Below are positions 30,135 through 43,145 of a DNA stretch of 64,000 nt, piece after piece (positions within the stretch are counted from its first letter, which is position 1; the number at the start of each line of letters is the position of its first letter). The stretch is from Chrysomallon squamiferum (taxonomy: Eukaryota > Animalia > Mollusca). A program made the translations under genes and the position numbers. Location: positions 7,688,001 to 7,752,000 of the forward strand of contig CM022678.1 of assembly GCA_012295275.1 (NCBI GenBank), in the 5' to 3' direction. A model generated the notes under the pieces. That model was not told where the DNA came from. It saw nothing but the letters and a program-made list of their open reading frames with translations, and searched no databases.

Positions 30135-30365
30135 TGTGACAATGTGATTTTTGTTGTTTATATCAGGACATTCATGAAAACTTACATCATTTACCTGTAT
30201 TACAATATTAATTCACAATGTTAACGTTAAAAACAGAACTAAAAGAACCTAAAATCTAAAACTGTGATAGTATAATACTTGTTATTTTTATATCAGAATA
30301 TTCATGAAAACTTATATTAAATACCTGTATTACAATATTAATTCAAAATGTTACTGGTAAAAACA
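30135..30365. repeat. Diverged ~130-bp tandem duplication
   Basis: TATATCAG(G/A)A(C/T)ATTCATGAAAACTTA...TACCTGTATTACAATATTAATTCA occurs twice. Confidence 0.8.
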
Positions 30366-30814
30366 TATTATTTAAGCTATATAACATGTGTAGCACTGAA
30401 TAAAACATTATAAAATATTATAAAATGTATTATTGACTTTTACCTAGGTAACAAAATTTAAAAAAACAAAAACAAATAATAAACAGATTCACAAAACACA
30501 TGCACACACACACACACACAAAACACCACCCAAGGTAAATGTGCTTTACCGTATCAGTTGTAAAAGTATAATTTCTTTTAAACACAGATAATAAATTCTT
30601 CTCATTTTCCTTCTTTTTTCATTTATTAATTGTTGATTTTAATTTATTTTATTTATATTTTGTTTTACTTTACTTATTTATAATGTTATTATGTTATTGT
30701 TATTATTAATTTTTTTATTATATATATATTTATTTATTTATTTATTTATTTTTTAATTTTAGTATTATTTTTTCATTAATAATGTTATATATATATTTTT
30801 AAAATATTTTCCAG

Positions 30815-30905
30815 GCCAAATTAAAATCATCATTGGCATGGATATTGCAGAAAGCATATGGAGAAAATGTTCCAAATGAATTTAAAGAACCTTTTTTTAT
30901 GAAAT
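30815..30905 (+). pseudogene. CAMSAP: Isolated CAMSAP/Patronin N-terminal exon
   Basis: TTTTCCAG| AKLKSSLAWILQKAYGENVPNEFKEPF (cf. CAMSAP2 AKIACNLAWLVAKAFGTENVPEELQEPFY and Patronin AKQRASVKWLLSKAFNNRVPDNLKEPFY). Followed by a T-run frameshift and no clear donor. Confidence 0.85.
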
Positions 30906-31639
30906 TTCTTAGATTTTAAGATACTTGTAGTAATTATTAAAGTTATTAACAGCTATGCTTTGTCACTTTTTAAATATCTCTTGATCCACACTTTATATAA
31001 ACCTTATAATTATTTTATTTAAAAAAAAAAAAATAGATGATCTGAAAATGATCTAAGAAGAGATCTGTGTTTCCTTTCATGAACTTTTTTTTCTACAGTA
31101 CAGTTTAGTTATTAATGGAATAAAATTAAAAATATTTTATCATATGTCTCTTTAAAAACAAACTTCCTCCATCTATCATAATACATTTTTAATGCAAAAG
31201 CAAAAAATGATACCATATATATGTTGTTAAATAAAACATTAATTCCTTCTTTTTCTTGTTGACATATTATAATTATTATAATCAATAATAGATGAAAATG
31301 TGTACTATTAAAAGTTGTTTGCTATTAACACTACTACTACTACTACATTATTATTATTGTTGTTATTATTGTTGTTGTTAATTATTATTATTTGATTTAA
31401 TATATTCATCATTATCATTATACACAGTAATTATACAGACAGAGACAGGTAGGTGTACAGACAGACAGAAACAATATAAAATAGTTTTAAAATTTAAATG
31501 AAATAATGACAGAATTTTATTTTTAACATATAAATATTTCATTGCAATTTTGTTTGATTACATTGGACTACATACAAGCATATTTTAAATATCACAACAT
31601 TCTTTGAAATAAACTACAAAATGACAGAATAGTTTAAAA

Positions 31640-31700
31640 GTGACCACGTGACTCAGCTAGACCGCGTGGACTACAGGAAGTCACGTGTTTGTTTATCAGT
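31640..31700. promoter_or_regulatory. Dense TF-motif cluster (two CACGTG E-box/CLEAR-like sites, AP-1, ETS, FOX)
   Basis: CCACGTGAC at about 31644-31652, TGACTCA at 31649-31655, CAGGAAGT at 31674-31681, GTCACGTG at 31680-31687 and TGTTTAT at about 31690. About 100 bp upstream of ATG METGQEQFYLVVI|GTAAGT. Confidence 0.4.
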
Positions 31701-31997
31701 GATTTTCTTTCTAAACAAAAACATTTTACACATTTATTGTAAAAATCACTAACAACAATTTTACTTTTGTCTGCACCTGACAGCAGAATGGAAACAGGAC
31801 AAGAACAGTTTTATCTCGTTGTTATTGTAAGTGTGGTTTATGTAGCCCTGCAGACATTCAGTGCAGAACAAGTGTCCTCAATACAAAACTCACAGCTTGT
31901 CGTAAATTTCCATACAAAGTCAACACGAATGAATATCATCGGAATCTGAAGCTGTTGCCTTATCTGTTAATAATAAAAATAATAATAATAACAACAA

Positions 31998-32029
<32 letters not shown>

Positions 32030-32334
32030 AGGACATGGAAGAATCAGAGAAGCCAGAGAAAGGAAATTGTAAGAAAAAAAAAAATAATAATAATAATAAT
32101 AATAAAAATAACAAGAAAACAAAAATATTTTTATAAATCAGTTTGAGAACTCGACACTAATATTATATGTAGACTAAATAATAATAATATTAATAATGAT
32201 AATAATAATATATTTGTTTCTAATTAATGTAGATCGTTTTTTTTTTTTTTTCATATAGCTAGTTTTAATAATTTAATGATCTTTGTTTAGGTCAATTTCA
32301 ATGTTGTTAAAATAATAATAATAACAACAACAAC

Positions 32335-32404
<70 letters not shown>

Positions 32405-33255
32405 GCAGCAGCAAATGTTACAATATTCAGTTACAATTTACTAAAAATGAGAAAATGTAAGCAATATTTATGTATTCAAAAAAACATAAATAATAATAAT
32501 AAAATAAAATAAAATAAAATAAAATTACCTGAATGGTTTAGCTAACAAAAAGTGGATCAATGTTGTCTAAATTAGGGGTTATATTTCCAATGTAACTTTT
32601 AGTTTATCTTATTCATGGTTCTAAGATTTTAAAAAATAAAAGAAAGAAAGAAAGAAAGAAAGAAAGAAAAAAACAAACTTTGTTTAACTATGAAATATTT
32701 CTTCAGATATTTAGATATTTTGAAAGACTACACAAACAATTGTAATTTGTCCAATTTCTGCATCTGACAAAACTGCTGCAAAAAACATCTGACAAACTAC
32801 TGCAAAAAGAGAAAGAAAACCTTTTTGAAAAGCTTGGTGATTTCATTGTAAAGATATTAAAGAAAGAAACGAAAAAACAGAATACTGTCCAAAGGTAATT
32901 AATAAGTAAAACAATAATTCATTAGTATTGACTCATTCCTAATCAGAAAGCATTCTTAAAAACACATTTACATTCACTGAAATATTTTAATCTTAAGCAG
33001 TCAGTTCTGTGACATAATTAATAAATTATAAAAAAAAAAAAAAATATAAGAAAAGAACTTAAAACTAAATGAAGTATTTGGTTTTTATTAATAAGAAATT
33101 ATATATTGATAAATTTTTTATCCTCACTATCTAATCACACCACTGATTAAGTTCTTGTTATAGGCTCTATCATTTTTTTTATTGAGAAACACAAAAATTT
33201 AAATTTCATTTGGTCAGTATAAAAGTTCACCTAATTATTTTCAGTTTATATTAAA

Positions 33256-33302
<47 letters not shown>

Positions 33303-33572
33303 CAACACTAAATTAAAAAATACATTATTTGCAAACACATATTTTAGATTATATTAATGAGCTGCATGTTGAGAAATGTACAAATTTATAAAGATGTAGA
33401 CAGATTTAAAATAATATAAAAATAAACTTTCTTATCAAAACTACTTATTTATATAGCAATGTACATGATGTTAGACATAAAAATATATTAAATATGTGCT
33501 TACTTATAAAAGTATTTATTTATGTAGCAATACCTACTATGACAGTTTAAAATATTAAATATGTATACTCAC

Positions 33573-36500
33573 TTATAAAACCTATGAATCATTTTATTGG
33601 TAATTTCTTTAGGTCCCACACCACAAATTTTGATAACTTCGTCTGTTTCGGGTGTGAAAGAATATAGAGCCCTGTACTGACATCCTCCATCTCAGAACAG
33701 AATTACAAAGTGTTTAGCATCAGACTTAGCCAGTTCCTAGATACACAAACAAACAAACAAACAAACAAAAAACAAACAAACAAACAAACAAATAAAAAAC
33801 AAACAAAATAAATAAACTGATAAAAAAAAAAAATAAATAAATAAATAAAAACAAAAAAAAACAAAAAAAAAAAAAATAAAAAAATAAAAATAAATAAAAA
33901 AAAAAAAAAAAAAAAATAAAAAAAAAAAATACATATTTGGTATTTACATAAAGGATTCAAAAGCAGCTAAAGCTGATTTTGCTTTGCAATAATAACAAAC
34001 GGTATAAAATTAAAGTCATTACTGATAAAATTATAGACACTCACACCTATCCTGTAGATTTATTCCACTCTGAGGTATTTCTATAATTCTACAACAATTA
34101 ATAACAATGATCTGTCAGTGAAAATACCTCAGCACGGTGATCAGACTTAGAAATGTATGTTGTCACTGGAACAAAACAAAAACACACAATAATAACAAAC
34201 AACAGTAAAATACTGTACATTAACAAGAGTAGGATAAATCAGAAAAAAGAATTAATTCACTTATACAATCTATCTGTTTCTTATTATTGTTTGTTTTCTT
34301 AAAGACAATCAAATATACTGAAAGAATAATTCTACAAGAAAATTAAATGAAGTGTATGAGATAGAAATATGTGTTAAGTGTCACCTCTAAAACTTTGTTT
34401 TTCGGTCTGTGTTGACAATGCCTGCGAGGCAGCAGTGGCTGATGGCGTTGAGGATGATGTGACGATTAGATTTAGAACTTGGCTTCACGTACAGCTTTGG
34501 TCCTGTTCAAACAAAGAAACACAACAACACTGACAAACTAAACCCTGTGATTAATTTAGGATTTAAAAAATGAATAAAGTGGGTTTTTTAGGTTTAGAAA
34601 TGTTACTGTCCTATCCTGACTGAAAGAAATTTAAATATATTTTACAATCTTTTTAATGTGAAAGGATAAGAATGTGTTCAATTTTAAAAATTAAAATATT
34701 CAGTTTCACAATACTGTGAAGCAATTCCTAACGGTCAAAATGGATAAAAAAAGTAAAAAATATGTGTGCATCTAATATTATATTTTATGATTAGCTGGCT
34801 ATGATATTCACAGCTACTCATACTGAGAATAACAAAAACAACAATAATAAAAGTATTAATAATGATGATGTAGTAATAAATTTGCTTTTAATAATAGAGT
34901 TATCTAACCTGAATATTCACCAGCTTCACTTCCATCCATTCTCGGAGTTCTTCTTCCTAACCGGTACAAGTCTGAAAAAATAAAAAAAAAAAAAAAAAAA
35001 TAAATTAAAACAAATTAGTATTAGCTATAAATCCATAAATAATTATGAACTTTGTAAAATAAAAAGTAAGCATCAAGTACATGGTTGTAGGAGAGGTTTA
35101 TGATGTAATGGAGTTAGACTACAGAATCCTGTTGTCACCACAAATTGTATAATTTATATTGTTTATGATTAATGTACCTGGAGATGCTGTCACATGACAC
35201 AAATTTATATTGTTTATGATTAATGTACCTGGAGATGGTGTCACATGACACAAATTTATATTGTTTATGATTAATGTACCTGGAGATGGTGTCACATGAC
35301 ACAAATTTATATTGTTTATGATTAATGTACCTGGAGATGGTGTCACATGACACAAATTTATATTGTTTATGATTAATGTACCTGGAGATGGAGGTCTTCT
35401 GTATGTGGCTCCCCCTGTCTGCCTGTTTTGTGTAAGTACATTGCAGGAAACTAACAGAAAAACAAAAACAAAACAATTTAAAAGCTTGTGTTATATTACT
35501 TGAAATCTCAAAAACAATTAATGACATAATGATGGATAAATAAATAAATAAATAAATAAATTTATTTTAAGAAAATAATAAAAAAAGAAAAAGAACAGAA
35601 CAGAAAAATCAAAATACTAATTATATAACAATGAGAGAAAACTTGAAGATGAAAACTGATACTTTTCAAGTTTAATTACAAATAATAATAATGATAATAA
35701 TATTAAATATCAAATAATAATAATAAACGTTAAAAAAATAATTATTAAAAAAAGAGAAAGTTGCAAACAAATAGATTATATATTCTACATTATAAATACT
35801 ACCAGTAATAATTAATGCTTTATCTCATCATTAATTTATTGTAACAATTAACCACTTACTAAGTTCAGTAATAAATTTTACATGAAAATTAATTAAATTC
35901 TCCAGATAGTGTTTTGACTGTACATGTATGTAATAACATATATCAATAAATCTTAAACACATAAATTTAGCAATGGTTTAATTTAGATTTGACAATAATA
36001 ATTAGCAGGGCTTTAAAAATAAGAAAATTAATAAACAAGTGAGCAAGCTAAATTAACCAAAACATAACCTGCAAATAAAGTTTTAAAATAAAATTTCACA
36101 GAAAAGATAATTTACAATATAACAGCCCTGTAATAAAAACTAATATTATAAATCTAGACTGACAATGATGATAATGAAGAGGATTAAAATGGAGACATTT
36201 ACATGACAATACATGAAGATGTTGTAGATGATAAATCAATTAATCTCTAAATAAATGATGTTATTAAAAAATAGAAATAAATAATAACAATAACAACAAA
36301 ATAACAATAAAAATAAAAATAAAATAAATAAATAAATAAATAAATAATAATAAAATGGTGATTTCTAACTACATTATTTTGATGCATCTTTCTAAATCTA
36401 CACGGTATAAAGTCTGCAACTTCTGCTTACATTTATGTGTGCACTTTGGCAAATATTAAATAGTCTCCTTTCAATTAAAAATTTTTTTTTTATGAGTTAA

Positions 36501-36644
36501 AAAGTGAAATTTTTTACTAATGGTATATTTAAAACAATAAATTAATAATCTGATACATAAACAAAAATGTATAACCTGGGTGTTTCATGCAGTAGCATGG
36601 TGCTAAAAGCTTTTAAAAAGCTTTATCAAGTTTATGTGTCTGTG

Positions 36645-36678
<34 letters not shown>

Positions 36679-36748
36679 TCTGGATAAGCGAATGAAAGTT
36701 TTGTAAATATGCAAACAGAATTAAACTAAGAGCAGAAAGACTTTTGAC

Positions 36749-36801
<53 letters not shown>

Positions 36802-37505
36802 AAAAATGGAAAGAAATATCTGTAAGGCAAAGAACTGGTTAAAATTTTAAATGATGGGCTGATGAAAACATATGGATGACTGAATGATAATTATTATGTT
36901 TTAAACTGATGGATGATGATAATTTTTTTTAATTTTTAACATAAAAGCTGAATATATCTGATGGTCCAAATGGCCTAAATGTATTTTGCATAGTTCATGT
37001 TTACTGTTTTAATTTTTTCTGTTCACCAAAGTGTTTTCTAATAATAAAGTGTATATCAACAAACTTTATAAAGAACTTTTTTGTTTTCATATCTCTGTAT
37101 CATTTGAGAAATATATATATATATATATATAGACACATAAAACATATTCAGAGTGAATAAATTATCACAAAATGCTGGTATACCCTCTATTACTGATTCT
37201 GTATAAAATAAAACTAAATAAAACCACAAAACTATTAGAATACAAAATACATTTAGGATGTTTGTGATTTTCTAGATGTGGATGAGAACAAACCTGCTTT
37301 TCTCATATTGCCTGAGGTGAACCAATACGAAAGTGAGAAGGATGGGAGGCTGAAACAAGCAAACAAACCAATGCAACAAAAAACAAGAAAAAAAAAAAAG
37401 ATTGAAAATAAAATAAAGTAAAAAATTCCTTTACCTAAATCATGCAGGAAGCAAATAAGTGACTAACTTTCTTTGGTTGATTTTTTTCTCTGGTTAATTA
37501 TTTTA

Positions 37506-37542
<37 letters not shown>

Positions 37543-39723
37543 CCCATTTGTCACTTTAAATAAATTCAGATTTGAGATCATTCCAAAACTTCTTGTACTT
37601 TTAAAATGAAAACAATTAAAAGAAAGATAAAAAAAAGGAAACAAGACTGCATTTATAAGAAAAACAAAAATTAAATAAGGTCACTTATTTTATTCCTGAC
37701 ATACAGATAAAAAAAAAAAAAAAATAAGGAGAGACTGTATAGTGTTAGTTTGGTTAAATTCTACCCATTTCTTGCCTTTTTGAAGAGTTTAACAAATTTC
37801 TATCTTTTATTAAAGATCAGTGAGATTAAAAACACTTTTCCTTATATCTTTAAAGGTAAATTTTTTAAAAGATTTCCAAAACAAAACTGTGAAGTTTTCA
37901 TTTTTACGGTTGTTCTGTAGAAGATGGATAGGGTAAAAAGAATTTCTCAGCTGAATCTATTTTAATAGTGACAAAATAACTAAAAGACTATTTAATAAAA
38001 ACTGCATGTACTGAATACATTTTTCTAGTCAAACTAAAATCAAAATGGCTGATCATGTAGTTCTTCAGGTTCAGAACAAAACAGATAATCATATATTTTA
38101 TTTTTCTTATTGATAAAATTAAACTAAATTATAGCAATTTTCAAAGATATAATCTCCTCAAGCAGGCAAGAAATTTCATGAAAGGTGTCAGCATAAAATC
38201 AAGGAAAGTTCCATGATTATTTTTAATCTGTCAGAAGAGAATATTAATCTATTTCTGTTTGGCATAGTACTGTTTTCATATTTTAATAATTAATTCTGGG
38301 TTTTTTTGTTGTTTTTTTTACCTCAAAGTAAAATTATAAGTTTAAATTTTGTTTTTACTTTTATTTATTTATTATTTTTTAATGCTTTTCTCTGCATTTT
38401 GATTTTCCTTGCTTGATAAACTTTACAAGGAAACTACATCTATAGACAGCTTTATTGTAACTGACAAAGCTTTGAAGCTGTAAAAGCCAAAGTATTTTGT
38501 CTAATCTACAAAATTAATGGAAATTTGAATTCTTATATGCAATGGAGAATGCAGATTCATTAGAAAGCATGAAGAGATAAATAAAAATAAAAGATAAAAT
38601 TTGTATTGAAATAAAAACATCAACATAAAAATAAATTTTATGAATATTAGTAATAAGTAATTGTACTAAAAAGAAGAATAAATGAACAGAAAGAAAATAA
38701 AATAATAAAATAAATAAGAGAATAAGTTTAATGCATTGTACATACAATATTGTAATATAAAGTAGATATCTAATATAAAAAGATAATCAGAAATTTTGTA
38801 TTAGTTTTTCCAGTTAAATAATACCTTATTTAAATTCACAAAATGCAGTCAAATAAACCATCAACTAAATGTTCCACAGAGAACAACTACAAATGCCCAA
38901 AAGAACAGGAAAATAAACACAAGCAAAAACAGAAAAAAGAAGAATAGAACAGAAAAACTAGACAAGCAAAACCAGCACAAACTTACAACCATAAGGACGT
39001 GATTTCATACCAAATCCACGAATTGATGTATCATCCTGTGACCAACAGAACTTGTGTCTTCCTGATCAGAGGGTGTGGCCTTCACAAACATAGACTTCGG
39101 TCTTGGTTTTGACTTGGCAGTGCGGTCTGAGGCTCTATTCGGTTCTATGGGTCGCTCTCCTCCGTTTTCCATAGCTTCTTTCTGTCATTTTTTCTGCAAG
39201 TACTGTTCATAAATCTGTTTTCTTCTCGCTCTCTCTTCTGCTTTCTTCTGTTCTGCATCCTCCTGTTTCAATCTGCAATTAGCACAGTATTGCTATGAAT
39301 GAATAAATATACAAATAGATAATGAAAGCAATCTGGAATTAACAAATACTAATATGAATGAGAAAGTGTACCAGTGGATAATTAATTCAAATTAAAAAGG
39401 GAAAAGGTGCAGTCTAGCCAAATGGAGTTTCCTTCAATATTCTCTCAAAACAACTGGTTTAAATGGGGTTTTTTGATATTGACACAACTGATTTGATTTT
39501 ACACATTCTGAAATTGTTTAACTGGAAACATACTGAACACATTTAGATTGTTTTGTTTGTATATCCATCATAAGTGTACATTAACAAAATGAAAAAACTC
39601 AGCAAGTTTCCATCATCTACTCAGTGTTGTACAGTAGTAATACTATTCAAATAAATGTCATTTCATTTACTATGATTAGTAAAGGAATCCATTATTCAGA
39701 TTTCACAAAGGACAATACATGGA

Positions 39724-39755
<32 letters not shown>

Positions 39756-42700
39756 ATATAAAATATAGTATAACTGGACTGTATTGGGTGGCAAAAAAGA
39801 GCTACAAATATAAACTATAATCAAACATTTAGGTAACAACACTTGTCTGTTTTGTGGTATATGTCTGAATAAGTAAAAACAAAGATAATTACATTTTTTA
39901 TTGTTTTTATTAGTAACATTATTTACATTATATTTATATCAATACCATTTACTGATACAAATTTCTTTAAATCATCTAAAGTAGATTGTGAAAATGTACA
40001 TTCTGGTTAAAAAAATTTAGCATCTGTTAAAAATATTTCATTATAACCTGATTATTGATAAATATAAATTCTGCTAAAATAGGACAACACTTAAAGAAGA
40101 AATATTTTATTTAGGAACATACGCAGCATATTTTTCACTTCTTCTTTGTATCTTAAAAGGTAAATAACAATAGAGGTAACAAAAAAGAAAACACATTTCT
40201 GCAATGTGAAGTGAAATCCTTTTTAAACGAGCAACCAAAAATCTATTCTTAATATATGTTATACCACAGAAAACATTTACCATCATCTTAGATGTATAAG
40301 GCATGGATCAGTGGCTAGATTCAGAAATAACATTATTTGTCCTCAATGCAAGATTGCTTATAGAACCCAACAAACCTTGGCCATGCATTCTAACCACTGA
40401 GCCAGTCTATCCATCACTATACATTTTACAAAATGAATTAAGTGAACACTTACAGAGTAGAGTTTGACTTGTTTAGTTCTGGAGTACTGGTGAATCTTGA
40501 CTCAGTTTTGTGAAAGCTGCGTTTTGTTGCGTTGCTAATGGGAACTTGGTGTTTGGTGAAACTTGACCTCCAGTTTCCATAGCAAGATGCTAAATTAAAA
40601 TTAACAAAAATATAATAATAAACACTGCAATGAAAACTGTCTGATGAAATAAATCTTTGTAAAATTTAACTGAGATTGAGAAGCCCTCATTTAAATATTC
40701 CTTTAATATTAACTTTCTTTAGTGGTAGTCTTTTGAAATACTGACCATTATACAAGGTCCTTTGAAAGCCTGAAATCATCCATTTTAAATAATAAAAATG
40801 TATTTACATAGGTAAAAGCATCCATCAGTATAAACACTAAAACTGAATATTGCAAAATCCCAATTTTTACCAGCACAATAATAAATTTCATAAATGCATA
40901 TAATAAAAGATATAATTCAATTGTGGACTTGCAATGTATATAAACAATTAGCTATTTCTAACCCATCTTTCAAACATATATCTGAAGAAAAAAAAAATAA
41001 CAATGACTCAATGAGGCAACTAATATTTAATAATGCAAGAAATGATGTTAAGGAGGAGGATAAGGAGAGAGACCGAGAGAGAGAGAGCAAGGAAGATTTT
41101 CTATACAGATCACATTCAAAACCAAAAACCCCCAGACCTAATATCCAAAAAATAAATAAAATAAAATAAATACAGCTATCTTAACTAGGTATTAAGATTC
41201 ATAAATTTCATATGTGCTATATTTTAAAGTTACCATCTGATTGACTGTTTTATTTACAAAAATTATGTTATTAAACAAACCAGGAAAACTGAGAGACTGC
41301 AGACAACAGCTACTGTACATCCGTCTTTTTGTCTTTTAGTATGTCTGTCATCACAGGAACAGTCACACTGTCTGAAGGGCTGGAAGTTCCAGTCTGGTAA
41401 CAGGAAAGTTAAACATTTTAAAATATTCATAAAATATGACGCTTCTTCTTTTGTTTTAAAACACAGAAATACATGTTTGCAAAACAGTAATCACATTTAT
41501 ATGAAGGTAAGTATATATGTAAGTGACAAATGTACATGGTTAAAAAGTGTAGAGTGTGTTTACAAGATACTAATGTAATTTGTGTGTATGTGCATGTCTA
41601 GCTATTGATATATTATTAACAAACTGCAACCTGCTACATTAAATTAAATTAAACTTAATTATGTTTAGAACAATGAGAAATATTTAAATAAAAACAACTC
41701 AAATTCACCTGCTCAGATTTTTTTGATTTTTCAGTGGGAGTAGTACAAACTTTATTTAAGCAGAAAATAACTGTGTCCTCAAGGTCTGATGGAAATTTAC
41801 TGGATGCATTAAAAGTTGCAATTAATCTGAAAATTTTAAAATTGCTTGTTCAAAAATGTTGAATTTAAAGTATGAGGTCTCTTTATGCTATATGATAAAT
41901 TATACAAAACATAAACCCAAATATCATTCTCCTTCTCCCTCTCTCCCTGTCTCTCCATTCCTTAATTCTCTCTCTTTCTACATTATTACATTTTCATATT
42001 TAACTGCAGTCATCATAATCCTTCTCCTTCTTTTCAGCTATCATTTAATAATCAAAGTAGAAAAATGAACACTTTAACTATACTTCAGCTTTAACTGAAA
42101 TATAATTTACCATATACTTTCCAAAATATAGAATGAAGAAAGTAAATTAACTTTAACCGAGTCAAACAAACTCATTTTATTACAAAAAAGATATTTCAAA
42201 TTTTAATATTTAACAAGATAATAATTTAAATAAATATAAAATAAATATATAAACAAAAACAACAGCATACCTGACGGCCGGGACAGCACATTCTACTGAA
42301 ACAACTTCACTGGCATATGCCAACATCAGCACACCAATTAGAGCTATATGTACATTCTAAAAGAAAAAAAGAAATATAATAATAATAATAATAAAATAAT
42401 ACTAAAAATAATAACTAAGCAGTTATAAATAAATAACTAACACTTCTGTTTTTATGAAAATTTAAATGTAACTTTATTATTCAGACAAATTGGGCTGTGT
42501 GATATCTTCAGTATACTTTGTTATTAATAAATAATGTAACATAATTATTATAATATTAAACTGATTACAAGACAATAGCAAATAAGTGATTTTTATTACG
42601 CTATTTTATAATCAATAAAGAGTTTTTACAAAACTTATTTTACTGTCTAAGACACAAAATTAAAATAAAAAACTCACATCTCAGAATCATCTCAGAATGG

Positions 42701-42950
42701 TGAAGTCTACATAAGAATTGTTTCTGTAATATTGCTAACAAGTGATTCATCCTTCTCCATGATGTAAATTCCCTTTCTTGACAGTCCTGAATAATAATGC
42801 AGTGGTCTACAAAAAATACCAGTAGTAAATATAATGTTTATTATTTTTTGTTATCAATCTACGTTTGCCAAATAAATGCATTTTTCTCTGCTTATTATGA
42901 TTATCGTTTGTGACAATACATTTAGTTACATATGAAATTGCCAACACACA

Positions 42951-42987
<37 letters not shown>

Positions 42988-43145
42988 AATACGATTATAG
43001 TTCATACGGCGAATACACCTCTCTCTGTTTCTCCCACACATACAATGAAATGCACGAATGAATGCTACAATCAATGAATCATACATAATTAGTTAAAATT
43101 GTATAATTACATTACAAAATTTACATCATGTTTACCTCGTTCCAT
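33573..43145 (-). pseudogene. CAMSAP: CAMSAP/Patronin unprocessed pseudogene copy B (about 13 exons, N-terminal region, CH, CC3, CKK)
   Basis: Exons: 43136-43145 (MER-G); 42678-42786 (LSRKGIYIMEKDES, with stops); 42271-42356 (NVHIALIGVLMLAYASEVVSVE); 41709-41826 (TFNASSKFPSDLEDTVIFCLNKV); 41281-41393 (VPVMTDILKD..DG); about 40947-40981 (CH exon stub); 40454-40589 (VPISNATKRSF); 38987-39272 (LKQEDAEQKKAEERARRKQIYEQYLQKK*...KPRPKS); 37294-37349; 35382-35450 (YRRPPSP); 34909-34971 (EYS); 34385-34502 (GPKLYVKPSSKSNRHIILNAISHCCLAGIVN, 1-bp deletion); 33573-33736 (ELAKSDAKHFVILF*DGGCQYRALY...GPKEITNKMIHRFYK). Multiple stops and frameshifts. Confidence 0.95.
35150..35391. repeat. 51-bp tandem repeat (~4.7 copies) spanning a CAMSAP exon/donor junction
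   Basis: ACAAATTTATATTGTTTATGATTAATGTACCTGGAGATGGTGTCACATGAC; the rc contains CCATCTCCAG|GTACAT. Confidence 0.95.

Noticed and set aside
34045-34145. Extra minus-strand exon between the two CKK exons
   Set aside because: It has AG/GT-like ends, but the frame examined contains a stop, and the flanking CKK exons join directly (VLE|ELAK).
33573-43145. Functional CAMSAP using TGA readthrough or selenocysteine
   Set aside because: Frameshifts, a TAG stop, a truncated CH exon and missing exons accompany the TGAs. Pseudogenisation is the simpler explanation.
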